A DNA stretch of 64,000 nucleotides. Origin: a virus. The stretch spans positions 45,251-109,250 of the IMG/VR virus record IMGVR_UViG_3300050821_003619; one strand, written 5' to 3'. How positions within the stretch are numbered: the stretch's first letter is position 1; every line of letters begins with the position of its first letter. The notes below the pieces were generated by a model. That model was not told the DNA's origin, searched no databases, and saw nothing but the letters and a program-made list of their open reading frames with translations. A program made the translations under genes and the position numbers. This document shows, piece after piece, positions 54,468 to 63,375 of this stretch.

Positions 54468-55431
54468 TCTGAGTCACCTTTTGTAAGTCTGAGTCAACCA
54501 TTAGCTTAACTAATTCTTCGAATGTTGTATTAGGTTCCCATCCAAGAACTTGTTTTACTTTAGAAGCATCACCTTGTAGTATATCGACTTCTGCTGGTCT
54601 GTAATATCTTGGATCAATTGTGACATATCTGGTCCAATCAAGATTAAGGTATCCGAACGCCACATCAAGGAATTCCTTGACGGTCTTCGTTGTCCCAGTT
54701 GCAACCACGAAATCATCGGGTCTACTGTGCTGAAGTATTCTCCACATGCATTCGACATATTCTTTTGCGTATCCCCAGTCTCTTTTTGCATCAAGGTTTC
54801 CCAAAGCAAGCTCATGTTGTAACCCTAACTTTATTCTGGCTGCTGCTTTGGTGATTTTACGTGATACAAAGGTTTCACCCCTGCGCGGAGACTCATGGTT
54901 GAATAGGATTCCATTACTAGCAAACGTCCCATAACTTTCTCTGTAGTTGACGGCTGTCCAGTAGGCAAATTGCTTTGCGACTCCGTACGGGCTACGGGGA
55001 TAAAAGGGAGTATTTTCATTTTGTGGTACCTCTAGTGGTTTACCAAACAACTCACTGGAGCTTGCTTGGTACACCTTAGTGTCAGGCTTTATAGACTTGA
55101 TTGCCTGCAGTAAATTAAGGGTTCCAATCGCATCCACGTCGGCGGTATATCTTGGGGAATCAAAACTAACCCTAACATGAGATTGTGCTCCAAGATTGTA
55201 TACTTCGTCTGGTCTAACTGTGGAAATTGTTTCTGCAATTGCTCCAGAGTCGGTAAGGTCGCCATAAACGAGATGTAGTTTGGACAAAATATGGTCGATT
55301 CGTCCAGTATTGAATGAACTTGATCTTCGAAGGATGCCATGTACTTCATAGTCCTTTTCTAAAAGAAGCTCTGCAAGGTATGAACCGTCTTGCCCGGTAA
55401 TTCCAGTTATTAGTGCTTTTTTCTGAGTCAT
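54454..55431 (-). CDS. gmd: GDP-mannose 4,6-dehydratase
   Basis: [61 protein letters not shown]. Confidence 0.98.
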   Translation of the reverse strand: MTQKKALITGITGQDGSYLAELLLEKDYEVHGILRRSSSFNTGRIDHILSKLHLVYGDLTDSGAIAETISTVRPDEVYNLGAQSHVRVSFDSPRYTADVDAIGTLNLLQAIKSIKPDTKVYQASSSELFGKPLEVPQNENTPFYPRSPYGVAKQFAYWTAVNYRESYGTFASNGILFNHESPRRGETFVSRKITKAAARIKLGLQHELALGNLDAKRDWGYAKEYVECMWRILQHSRPDDFVVATGTTKTVKEFLDVAFGYLNLDWTRYVTIDPRYYRPAEVDILQGDASKVKQVLGWEPNTTFEELVKLMVDSDLQKVTQNERN

Positions 55432-55439
55432 ATCAATCC

Positions 55440-56429
55440 TTACGACAACAACGGTCTACGAAGGTTAGCGGCTCTGTATGCAGACACAACATTTCTCTTC
55501 TGTTCCATGTATGGGGTTTCCGTGATAACTTGAGAAGTTGGTTCTGACTTACCCGTCTTTTTATTGTGTATACCTTCCGTAATGTACTGCTCGATCAAAT
55601 CCCATTGATGCACGCTTTTTAGGGCTATTTGATAATTTTCTTCTATAGCCTCTATACGTTGGGCGTACATTTTTGGATGAATAGAGTGCAGCCTCTCCCA
55701 TAGATGTCCTAGATTTTCAAACATCAGGAACCCTTCAGGATTGAAGTAATCCTTAAGATTAGGACAGCCCCAATAAATAGGAAACGTCTTAGCTATGAAG
55801 CAATCTACTATCTTCTCCGTGTAGTAACCGGTGTTCTGGCAGTTTTCCACCACTACGCTGTATTGATAAGGTTCCAACGTGGATTTCTTATCGTCAATTC
55901 GTGGAGGAGATTTGTGCTTCCACACATTTAAATCCTCGTACGACTCTTTTGATCTAAAAGAAGCAAGCTGATCAAATATTTGTTGTCTTAACTGGTGTCC
56001 CGGTAACCATCCTTTAGAGCTTGTCAAAAAAGACACACCAAACTGTTTTTTATTTATGTCGCACGGGGTATACTCGGCCACTGAAGGATAAAATTCAGGG
56101 GAGAAGTGAGCCTTAGCGTTACCACTCTTTCTGCCTATCCAACTACATGCTGATTCTGTCAAGAATCTGGCATTGGGGCACTCTCTGAGAACTCTTTCAT
56201 CGTACGCCAATATCAAGTCGTAGAACTTGTGGTTTCTAATCAGGATGTCGATGATGTTCAATACTGCTGGCGGCTCACACTGGTGAAATACCTTAAAATA
56301 AGCGTCATCAGAGAAATTAAATCCATCATCCCAAGTGATAGAAACCGTTTCTTCTCTCTCAAGGAAATTTTGTGGCAATCCCGGTGCAGGTCCTATAGAA
56401 CTAGATGTGTAACATGTTGGATAAGGCAT
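55440..56429 (-). CDS. GT10-like alpha-1,3/4-fucosyltransferase
   Basis: YQYSVVVEN...[11 protein letters not shown]...TFPIYWG GDP-fucose-binding motif; adjacent to gmd. Confidence 0.85.
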   Translation of the reverse strand: MPYPTCYTSSSIGPAPGLPQNFLEREETVSITWDDGFNFSDDAYFKVFHQCEPPAVLNIIDILIRNHKFYDLILAYDERVLRECPNARFLTESACSWIGRKSGNAKAHFSPEFYPSVAEYTPCDINKKQFGVSFLTSSKGWLPGHQLRQQIFDQLASFRSKESYEDLNVWKHKSPPRIDDKKSTLEPYQYSVVVENCQNTGYYTEKIVDCFIAKTFPIYWGCPNLKDYFNPEGFLMFENLGHLWERLHSIHPKMYAQRIEAIEENYQIALKSVHQWDLIEQYITEGIHNKKTGKSEPTSQVITETPYMEQKRNVVSAYRAANLRRPLLS

Positions 56430-57102
56430 TCTGAGTCTTCACCTCTTTTTCAAACACTCTCTTAAATTCTTTTTGCATGAGTTCCTCGGGAACGTCATGG
56501 TTATGCATGCACCATGAAAAATACATAGAAGACTTAGAACTAGCTGGTGCACTTCTTCTAAGAGGTCTTTTATCTGTGTATAGTCCTAAATTTCTTCCGT
56601 AATGCAAATTATATCTTGGGTCATGATTTAGATAGATTCCTTCTTTTATCAAAGAGTGGGCAACCCACGCCTCATCATTATTCCCCTGAGGCAGGTCCTT
56701 GGTTGCCATGATACGCATGGCTCTATTAGATAGCCAATAATTAAATCCCCACGGTACATGGCTGTTTTCCGCACATCTATGGGCAGTAAAGTCGCTCTTT
56801 TCAAATCCTGAGGCTAAAATTTTGTGGGGGCTGAGCACTACATCGTCGTCACATTTTAACAGGTAATCATATTCGTGATTTAGTGCCCATCTAATGATTG
56901 ACTGGACCTTATCAGGAAGCCCTTGGTAGGAATCGTCACAATCTAAAACTATTTCGTCTTCCAGTGCTACTTTTACCGTTCCTCTACCGTAAAAAAATAT
57001 AACATCAACAGTTGAAGGTACTAACTTTACCCATGTACTACGCACTAGGTCAGTCCAACCTGACCTAGTGTGGCAACTTACTATAGCAATGAGTATTTTC
57101 AT
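56401..57102 (-). CDS. GT31-like glycosyltransferase
   Basis: VRSTW, CDDSYQGLPDKV, YDYLLKCDDDV, NDEAWV; paralogue of 49571-50284. Confidence 0.85.
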   Translation of the reverse strand: MKILIAIVSCHTRSGWTDLVRSTWVKLVPSTVDVIFFYGRGTVKVALEDEIVLDCDDSYQGLPDKVQSIIRWALNHEYDYLLKCDDDVVLSPHKILASGFEKSDFTAHRCAENSHVPWGFNYWLSNRAMRIMATKDLPQGNNDEAWVAHSLIKEGIYLNHDPRYNLHYGRNLGLYTDKRPLRRSAPASSKSSMYFSWCMHNHDVPEELMQKEFKRVFEKEVKTQNALSNMLHI

Positions 57103-57107
57103 ATAGG

Positions 57108-58265
57108 CTACACCAAGAATATAAAACCGGGCAAATCAAACGCTGAGGAAGCTGTTAGTGCTCCCAAAGTGGCAGGCATTGCTCCACCAGACATAGCATT
57201 TGCTGCAGTTCCTACCGCAACTGAAGTTATTGGTGTCAATGTTTGAGCTATGGTAGCACTTGTGTATGTGTGCGCCAAAGATGCTGATCCAGAATTATTT
57301 GCTGTTCCTGACCAAGCAACTATGTAGGTGCCGGGTCCTATAACTACAGGAGAACCTAAAGTAACAGACAATGCTGTGTTACCATTCTGTGTATTAAACG
57401 CGTTAGCTCCAGCATCTATAAGTTTAGTATTTCCATCGGATGTGTACACTGCACACGAGGCAAAGGTTGAAGAACCTGACCCTGAACCAACACGAGTAGC
57501 TATTTGTCTAACTGTGTAAGTTGCCAGCAAATTCAGCAAACAATAAGACACTACGTTTGCTGTGTTAGTAGAAGCAAACCCATTGTTTCCAGCAGTTACG
57601 CCGTTTATGGTTTGTCCACTATAGAAAAAAGCAGAGCCTGCGGTAGAAAACACGTTTCCACCGGCTGTGGCCCACGATCCATCTCCACGCCAAAATGTGC
57701 TGGACGTAGCTCCTGTGCCCGAATTCATCTGATTTACAGCTATATTGCCAGTAAGATTAGAGAATCCTATGCTAGGAAGATCGCCTAAAACTAATGATCT
57801 AAAAGTAGGTGTAGCTGCAGGCCCAGAAGCTGGTCCCGCCAGTACTTTATTCGCACTCTCATTTGAGAATGATAACCCTATCGTTCCAGATGTTGTGATT
57901 GGTGACCCTGATACAGTTAGTATGCTTCCTGAATCTGCTGTCAATCCTACGCTCGTAACCGATCCACCTCCACCGGCTACGCCTATGGACTGGTCTGGAT
58001 ATACTTGCTGGATAACGGAATTCAAGGCCACTACAGCTGTGTAGGTTCCCGGTAAAACATAAAAGTCATAATGACCAAAACCATCAGTAATGATTGGCTG
58101 AGCAATGGGCACTAAACCTGCTGGGTCAGAAAAGATGCTCGCCAGAGGTGAAGGTGGTGCGAATGCCACGTTAGCCGGTTGTAACGCAACGTATACTTGT
58201 GCACCCGGTATGGCTTGGCCGGTAACGGCTTTTACCCACCCGTCTGACCGAAAATACGTTGGCAT
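57108..58265 (-). CDS. Tail/head fibre protein with N-terminal virion-attachment domain
   Basis: RSDGWVK..G.AIPGAQV.V...TDGFGHY.FYVLPGTYT shared with 59031-59771; ANKVLAGP..PTFRSL shared with 29155-31623. Confidence 0.75.
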   Translation of the reverse strand: MPTYFRSDGWVKAVTGQAIPGAQVYVALQPANVAFAPPSPLASIFSDPAGLVPIAQPIITDGFGHYDFYVLPGTYTAVVALNSVIQQVYPDQSIGVAGGGGSVTSVGLTADSGSILTVSGSPITTSGTIGLSFSNESANKVLAGPASGPAATPTFRSLVLGDLPSIGFSNLTGNIAVNQMNSGTGATSSTFWRGDGSWATAGGNVFSTAGSAFFYSGQTINGVTAGNNGFASTNTANVVSYCLLNLLATYTVRQIATRVGSGSGSSTFASCAVYTSDGNTKLIDAGANAFNTQNGNTALSVTLGSPVVIGPGTYIVAWSGTANNSGSASLAHTYTSATIAQTLTPITSVAVGTAANAMSGGAMPATLGALTASSAFDLPGFIFLV

Positions 58266-58266
58266 T

Positions 58267-59031
58267 TTATGCTCCTATGATGCTACCAAAGTTTACTGGG
58301 GTAGCCGATGGTGCTGGTGCCGCGAATAAACCTGCTGCACTTGCTCTGTAATTAGCTTGTGATCCACTTCCAAATGCAGTTGCATTCCCGCCTGATACAC
58401 CGCTTAGATTGTACTGCATAGTGCTAAATGTAACTTGCACCATGTTTATTCCTAAGGAATAACCAGAACCAGCCGTACAATTTACTGTGTCTCCAATGAA
58501 TCCAGCAAGAACTAGGTCACCTGCGATTGAAAGGGTCAGGGTTCCTGCGCTGGGTACACCTGATCCGGTAGAATTGGGTGCCCGTTGTGCATCTAATACC
58601 AAAGATGGGTTTACATTAGTTTTAACGCCAGAGAATTCATATACTGCAAATTCACCAACCACATCTTGAACGTTTCCTGAACCACCGGTAGAAAATGTAA
58701 CAGTAAGTGTTGTTCCTGCACTTAAACCGCTAGGTGCATTTTGCAAGTAATTTATGCTATGACTTACTTGTACAGTAGTACTCTCATTAAACTGGTTACC
58801 AGTAGCTTGTCTCCAATTTGCTGAGGGAGCCAATAAAAAACTAGGAGCAACAGCTACACCATCAAATGTACTTGCATGATGCGTGGTGTTTTTTACGGCA
58901 CTAAAGACTACTATACAGTTACCCGGAGTAATGCTGTTGGGTATATTGATAGTTGCAGTCATAGAACCGGGAGAAGTCCATGTAGAAGAGTTGAAGCTTC
59001 CGTAAAAAGTCTGTACTAAAGCTATGCTCAT
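58267..59031 (-). CDS. Ser/Thr/Gly-rich virion appendage protein
   Basis: MSIALVQ start; beta-rich; VYEFSG motif. Confidence 0.6.
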   Translation of the reverse strand: MSIALVQTFYGSFNSSTWTSPGSMTATINIPNSITPGNCIVVFSAVKNTTHHASTFDGVAVAPSFLLAPSANWRQATGNQFNESTTVQVSHSINYLQNAPSGLSAGTTLTVTFSTGGSGNVQDVVGEFAVYEFSGVKTNVNPSLVLDAQRAPNSTGSGVPSAGTLTLSIAGDLVLAGFIGDTVNCTAGSGYSLGINMVQVTFSTMQYNLSGVSGGNATAFGSGSQANYRASAAGLFAAPAPSATPVNFGSIIGA

Positions 59032-59771
59032 TAAGGTATGCTAATGTTCAAAGTAACATTAATTCTCTGCACCGTAGTAACAGAGTTTAAGTTAAACTGA
59101 ACAATATCTCCTGCTGAAATCGCCGTGGTGCCCCAACCAGTCAGAGTTAAATCCTCATTCTTCTGAGCACTGGTTAATGTGGGCTTATCGGAACCAGCTA
59201 TGCTAACCGTTGTTGGGAACCCTGCATACGTTGATTTTAAAACGTCTACCACGCATGAACCCGACTGATCGGCTGTTATTATCCACCCTTTAACAGTGCA
59301 CGCAAAAGGAATACTCAACTGTCCTTTTGCTCCCAGAGAAGGAGTGGCTCCTCCACCGTCAATGGTGTACTGAATAGAAGCAGTTCGTGTCGTAGATATT
59401 GTGTTACCCACGATAGTTATGCCATTACCGGGAACTAAGGATGCTCCACCAGAAGACAACCCTATAGTCTGGTCTGGGTAAAACTGCTGCAGCATACCAG
59501 ATAGGTATACCGCTACTGTATAGGTTCCGGGTAAAACATAAAAATTATAGTGTCCAAAGCCGTCTGTAATTATCGGCTGAGACAGAGGAACCAATCCATT
59601 AGGATCGCTATACACTTGCTGCAATGGAGTAGGTGTAGGTACCTGTGCACTCAATCCTGAGGGAATGTTGGCAGGCTGCTGGCAGACAAACACCTGTGCG
59701 CCGGGAACAGCATTGCCGATGGCACTCTTCACCCAGCCATCACTTCTAAAATCAATAGGTATTGTTGCCAT
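59031..59771 (-). CDS. Fibre protein with the same N-terminal attachment domain as 57108-58265
   Basis: RSDGWVK...TDGFGHYNFYVLPGTYT; C-terminal IDGGG...ADQSGS.VVDV.K beta-sandwich. Confidence 0.75.
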   Translation of the reverse strand: MATIPIDFRSDGWVKSAIGNAVPGAQVFVCQQPANIPSGLSAQVPTPTPLQQVYSDPNGLVPLSQPIITDGFGHYNFYVLPGTYTVAVYLSGMLQQFYPDQTIGLSSGGASLVPGNGITIVGNTISTTRTASIQYTIDGGGATPSLGAKGQLSIPFACTVKGWIITADQSGSCVVDVLKSTYAGFPTTVSIAGSDKPTLTSAQKNEDLTLTGWGTTAISAGDIVQFNLNSVTTVQRINVTLNISIP

Positions 59772-59790
59772 TTATTACTCCCACGTAAAA

Positions 59791-60297
59791 TTACTGTCTT
59801 AAACCCATTGCTGATTCTTGTGCTGTTTTTTCAAATTCACTTAAGGGTTTTGCATCAAATTGTTTAAAAGCTCTTTTAACTGCCCACCCTGTGGATTGTT
59901 TTTCTCTCACTGATAAACTATTGGCAGTACGTATTCTGTGACAGTTAGCGCACACTAAGTCGCATTTATCAGCCTCTAGTTTTAATTCTTCTATAGGTTT
60001 GTATATTTTAGCACCTATATTAAAGCTTTTAGAAAAAGTATCTCTATGATCGAAGTCATACACACACTCAGGAAATATTCCTCCACAATCCATACATTTA
60101 CTTCCTTTGTATTGTACTAATTGGGTCTTTTTGGCTCTATGGTCATCTTTAGACCTTTGACTTCTTTCTTCTCTATGACCCGTTCTGTAGTCCACCATGT
60201 TCTTCCTACGGCATTGTCTACAAACTTTGGTGTTTTTCCATAAATACGTGTTTTCTTCGGTGAATTCGTGACCACGTTTACAATGTGTTTTTGACAT
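59791..60297 (-). CDS. Free-standing HNH endonuclease with N-terminal KTHCKRGH Zn motif
   Basis: KTHCKRGH..CRQC; KCMDCG...YDFDH...KC.LVCANCHRIRT; ATG at 60297 after GGAAGGA. Confidence 0.88.
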   Translation of the reverse strand: MSKTHCKRGHEFTEENTYLWKNTKVCRQCRRKNMVDYRTGHREERSQRSKDDHRAKKTQLVQYKGSKCMDCGGIFPECVYDFDHRDTFSKSFNIGAKIYKPIEELKLEADKCDLVCANCHRIRTANSLSVREKQSTGWAVKRAFKQFDAKPLSEFEKTAQESAMGLRQ

Positions 60298-60378
60298 ATT
60301 TTCCTTCCGATTAAGTCGGGAAGAGGAGTGAATCGGCACTCCTCAACCCTAGCCCGAGGTAATTAGTCTCGGGTTAAG
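60298..60378 (-). promoter_or_regulatory. Structured 5' leader of the HNH gene (three hairpins, SD-sequestering)
   Basis: AACCCGAG/CTCGGGCT; GAGGAGTG-CCGATT-CACTCCTC; TTCCCGA-CTTAA-TCGGAAG overlapping the SD. Confidence 0.6.
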
Positions 60379-60381
60379 CTG

Positions 60382-61245
60382 TTATTGCCAATAGCAAGAG
60401 TATCCAGAACCAGAGTAATTATACCCGCTGTTATAAGCGCCGTATGGTTGTCCCATAAAATTTTGACTCTGCTGTCTACGTGTAGTTCCATTTTTTAGCT
60501 GAAACATTTGTTCTTTAGCGTCTTGCTTCAGGTCGGCTAAGCCGGGACTACCAAGCATGGTTGCGTATTTCACAGCGGTCTTATACGCCACTGCATCAGC
60601 GCAATCAATGATGGGAACAAATGTTGACGCAAAATCTAATGTCTGACTGAAAAACTGTGGCAAAGTTGCCCAGTATCTCATACGAATATCATTGGTCTGT
60701 ATTGACCCTAACATCCAAATGTTGTCGTTGCGCCATTCCCACATACTTAAACGAGATGCTTGATATACAGAAGGTAAACCAAACTCTGGTTGAGACATAG
60801 GAACAAACTGATCATTGCTACCAGTTTGTCTTTCCCATACTCTCTCTGGATAAATCATATCGCTTGGAAGCTTAAGGTTAGAATTGATAGTTACACCATC
60901 GAAGTAGCCACCGAACCCCAGATATACCTGTACGGCGGGATCAGGTGAACCCAATCCATTCGTAGGGCTATTCACAGGAGTCAAACCGGATACGATAACG
61001 TTATCCTTCAAAAGAGTTGGTTGCCCAACGTTTCTAAGCTCTCGGTACAATTCACGAATAGCGCTATTTAGGAACGGTTGGGTAAAAGGTGAAATAGCAG
61101 GATTATCTGTAAAAACCTGACCTTCTCCGGGTGTGCCGGTAGCTCCTGCTTGGCTATCGTTAACTAGGGCACGCACCAAATTCATAATTGTCAGTAAAGA
61201 TGTATCCCCAGTATTGCCGGGGACATTAATAGTCGGACTGGACAT
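60382..61245 (-). CDS. Head-tail adaptor / tail tubular protein A-like
   Basis: IMNLVRALVND...FLNSAIREL...LPSDM...RMRY...DAVAY.TA pattern. Confidence 0.6.
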   Translation of the reverse strand: MSSPTINVPGNTGDTSLLTIMNLVRALVNDSQAGATGTPGEGQVFTDNPAISPFTQPFLNSAIRELYRELRNVGQPTLLKDNVIVSGLTPVNSPTNGLGSPDPAVQVYLGFGGYFDGVTINSNLKLPSDMIYPERVWERQTGSNDQFVPMSQPEFGLPSVYQASRLSMWEWRNDNIWMLGSIQTNDIRMRYWATLPQFFSQTLDFASTFVPIIDCADAVAYKTAVKYATMLGSPGLADLKQDAKEQMFQLKNGTTRRQQSQNFMGQPYGAYNSGYNYSGSGYSCYWQ

Positions 61246-61261
61246 GCATGCTCCATAAACG

Positions 61262-61309
61262 AAAATAGCCCCACTCTACCGGAATGTTACCTCTCGGCAG
61301 AGTGGGACA
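61262..61309 (-). terminator. Intrinsic terminator-like hairpin
   Basis: CCCACTCTGCCG...CGGTAGAGTGGG-GCTATTTTC. Confidence 0.65.
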
Positions 61310-61399
61310 GATATTACATGGCGCTCTAGTCTCCTAACGCTCATCGGGACTCAGAACCGCTTACTAGAAAGTACATTCAAGCGCCAAGCTTGTTGATGT

Positions 61400-62302
61400 T
61401 TACTCCGTTGGAATAGTGTTCTTAGGCTTCTGCGTCTGCTGTCCAGCCTGTGAAATTGGTGCTGGCTGAGAAGCAGGGGCGGCTTGCGGAACAGGTGCTG
61501 GAGCAAACTGTGGATCACCGGTAGCTTCAAACGCCTGAGCGCGTGTACGCTTGCCAGCTTTAACGGTACGTGCCCAATCAATAACGCACAAGTCACCGTC
61601 CACAACGTGAAACGCAATTCCTTCCTTAACACGGGTACCGCAATTAGGACAATCCATTGGCTTGGTTTTCTTACCGTGCCATGTACGTTCCATACCAAAA
61701 TAATCACATGCGGTGTGGTGTTCAGGGGTCAATGTCAACTGAAGAGTTTGTGGAGAAGCTACGGCCACAGCATCTGCTTCCTGCAGAAGGTACTCGTAAT
61801 ACTTTTCCATGCGATTTACAGCACTGTTAATCTCTTGTTCAGTTGGTGGATTATTCAGAGACCAGAATACTCCCTTTTTACCTAGGTTGGCTCCAGAACT
61901 CAAAGCAAATCTGGCATCAGGTACGGCATCTTGATCTAACCCAAGGTTCTCTGGGTTACAAATATCCATTGCAAATCTTTTAGCATCCTGAGGAACTACT
62001 GACAAATCTGGTTTGTCAGGGGTTGATTCAGGAATCCAAATTGGTTGAGGAAACTGTCCAGCCAACGCATACTTTTCACCGACCTTACGACCGGGAATCT
62101 TGATCTTTAATGCAATAGGAGGACGTGATACCTCATAAGCTTGCTCAGAAACGTTATACAGGTAAACGAAATACTCAGGCTTACGGCTCAAAAGGTAGTC
62201 GTTTACGTTGAAGTTGAATTGAAAATTATTAGCAGTAGTCTGCGCTAAGCTGAGGTCTGGTCTCGCAGTTACTGAGTGTGTTGCTGGTCCATCGTATGGC
62301 AT
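61400..62302 (-). CDS. Hypothetical protein with Zn ribbon and Pro/Gln tail
   Basis: AAGGAG SD before ATG at 62302; DCPNCG...H...C. Confidence 0.7.
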   Translation of the reverse strand: MPYDGPATHSVTARPDLSLAQTTANNFQFNFNVNDYLLSRKPEYFVYLYNVSEQAYEVSRPPIALKIKIPGRKVGEKYALAGQFPQPIWIPESTPDKPDLSVVPQDAKRFAMDICNPENLGLDQDAVPDARFALSSGANLGKKGVFWSLNNPPTEQEINSAVNRMEKYYEYLLQEADAVAVASPQTLQLTLTPEHHTACDYFGMERTWHGKKTKPMDCPNCGTRVKEGIAFHVVDGDLCVIDWARTVKAGKRTRAQAFEATGDPQFAPAPVPQAAPASQPAPISQAGQQTQKPKNTIPTE

Positions 62303-62327
62303 TAAATCTCCTTGAGTCAAACTGAGT

Positions 62328-63071
62328 CTATATAACAGGTCCGTGTGCGCCAGCTTCTCTTGTGCTGAGTCCGCGCCCTAAGGACTTTGCGTTCGTTACC
62401 ATACTATTCCAATGTCTGGTCATTTGCTCGACTTTTTTGTCGATTAGGGAAGTACGGCAACCCTGTCTTGCGTAGGAAACAGGTCCTTTGAATGACAATG
62501 AAGCATCCCTCATTGCATCCTCGATCAAATTTACATCAGCTTGATCGTCTTTTTCCTTCTGAAGTCTTACTGCCTCTTTTACTTTAACTAGAGCAATATC
62601 TTTAGCGGCAATAATGATCGGCACTACCGTGTCAATCAGGAACGAGTTTAGTGGCATAGCCTCAATTTTCATTTTGCCTTGAGACATATCACGCCAACAA
62701 AGGTTATACAAAAGCTTATATTTGCCTTGGTAAGGGTACTCACCTAGGTCTTGCAGGTTAGTTTCAGCATCATAGTTGGCAACGTAATAACTTTCTGGTG
62801 TGCCATACACTACTGCGTCTTCCCACTGCATAAGCATCCAACATGGTGTACCGCCACCTACTAAAAGATCGCGGTATCCAGTGTAAGATGGTTGTCCATC
62901 AACGTGCCATGCTCCACCTGAGCGAAATGTGCATTCAGGTTCTCCACCTTGACCCCAACGTATGATAAAATTGGGCTGATCGTAGCGGTTGTAGCCTCCT
63001 ACTTCATTTAAACGCTCTTGAAACTCTTCAGGGCACTGATATTGCTGATAATTATCCGTTTGATGGCTCAT
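62328..63071 (-). CDS. Hypothetical protein (morphogenesis region)
   Basis: Long ORF; ATG at 63071 after AGGT. Confidence 0.7.
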   Translation of the reverse strand: MSHQTDNYQQYQCPEEFQERLNEVGGYNRYDQPNFIIRWGQGGEPECTFRSGGAWHVDGQPSYTGYRDLLVGGGTPCWMLMQWEDAVVYGTPESYYVANYDAETNLQDLGEYPYQGKYKLLYNLCWRDMSQGKMKIEAMPLNSFLIDTVVPIIIAAKDIALVKVKEAVRLQKEKDDQADVNLIEDAMRDASLSFKGPVSYARQGCRTSLIDKKVEQMTRHWNSMVTNAKSLGRGLSTREAGAHGPVI

Positions 63072-63375
63072 CTGTTGCACCTACCTGAGCAACGGCTGCT
63101 TCTCTGAGTTTTTGTAGCTGATCTTTCTTCTTTTCTACGTACTTTTCGACTTCCGCACGTAAATCTTCTGGTTTTTCGTCCTTCATCAAGCGCTCTTCCA
63201 TGATAAAGTTCAAAAGAATACCGGCAGTGTCTGCTGCAGCCCACAAATCAGCTATATGCTTGCCAATTGCGTTCAATTGCGCCTGAAAAGCACGTCTAGT
63301 AACCGGTTTATCCCAAAATCCATCTGGTGGAGCTTGAATGGGGCTGTCACTGGGGTCAATAATGAGATTACTCAT
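63052..63375 (-). CDS. Hypothetical protein
   Basis: GGAGG SD. Confidence 0.65.
   Translation of the reverse strand: MSNLIIDPSDSPIQAPPDGFWDKPVTRRAFQAQLNAIGKHIADLWAAADTAGILLNFIMEERLMKDEKPEDLRAEVEKYVEKKKDQLQKLREAAVAQVGATDEPSNG

Noticed and set aside
49571-57102. Host LPS/capsule locus or serotype-conversion cassette
   Set aside because: Co-oriented and coupled with phage structural genes on both sides; no wzx/wzy/ABC exporter, gtrAB or att/integrase signatures
61320-61390. Twister ribozyme
   Set aside because: Partial resemblance in the CGG-TTCTGAGT-CCCG loop, but no convincing UAA cleavage site or P2 pairing
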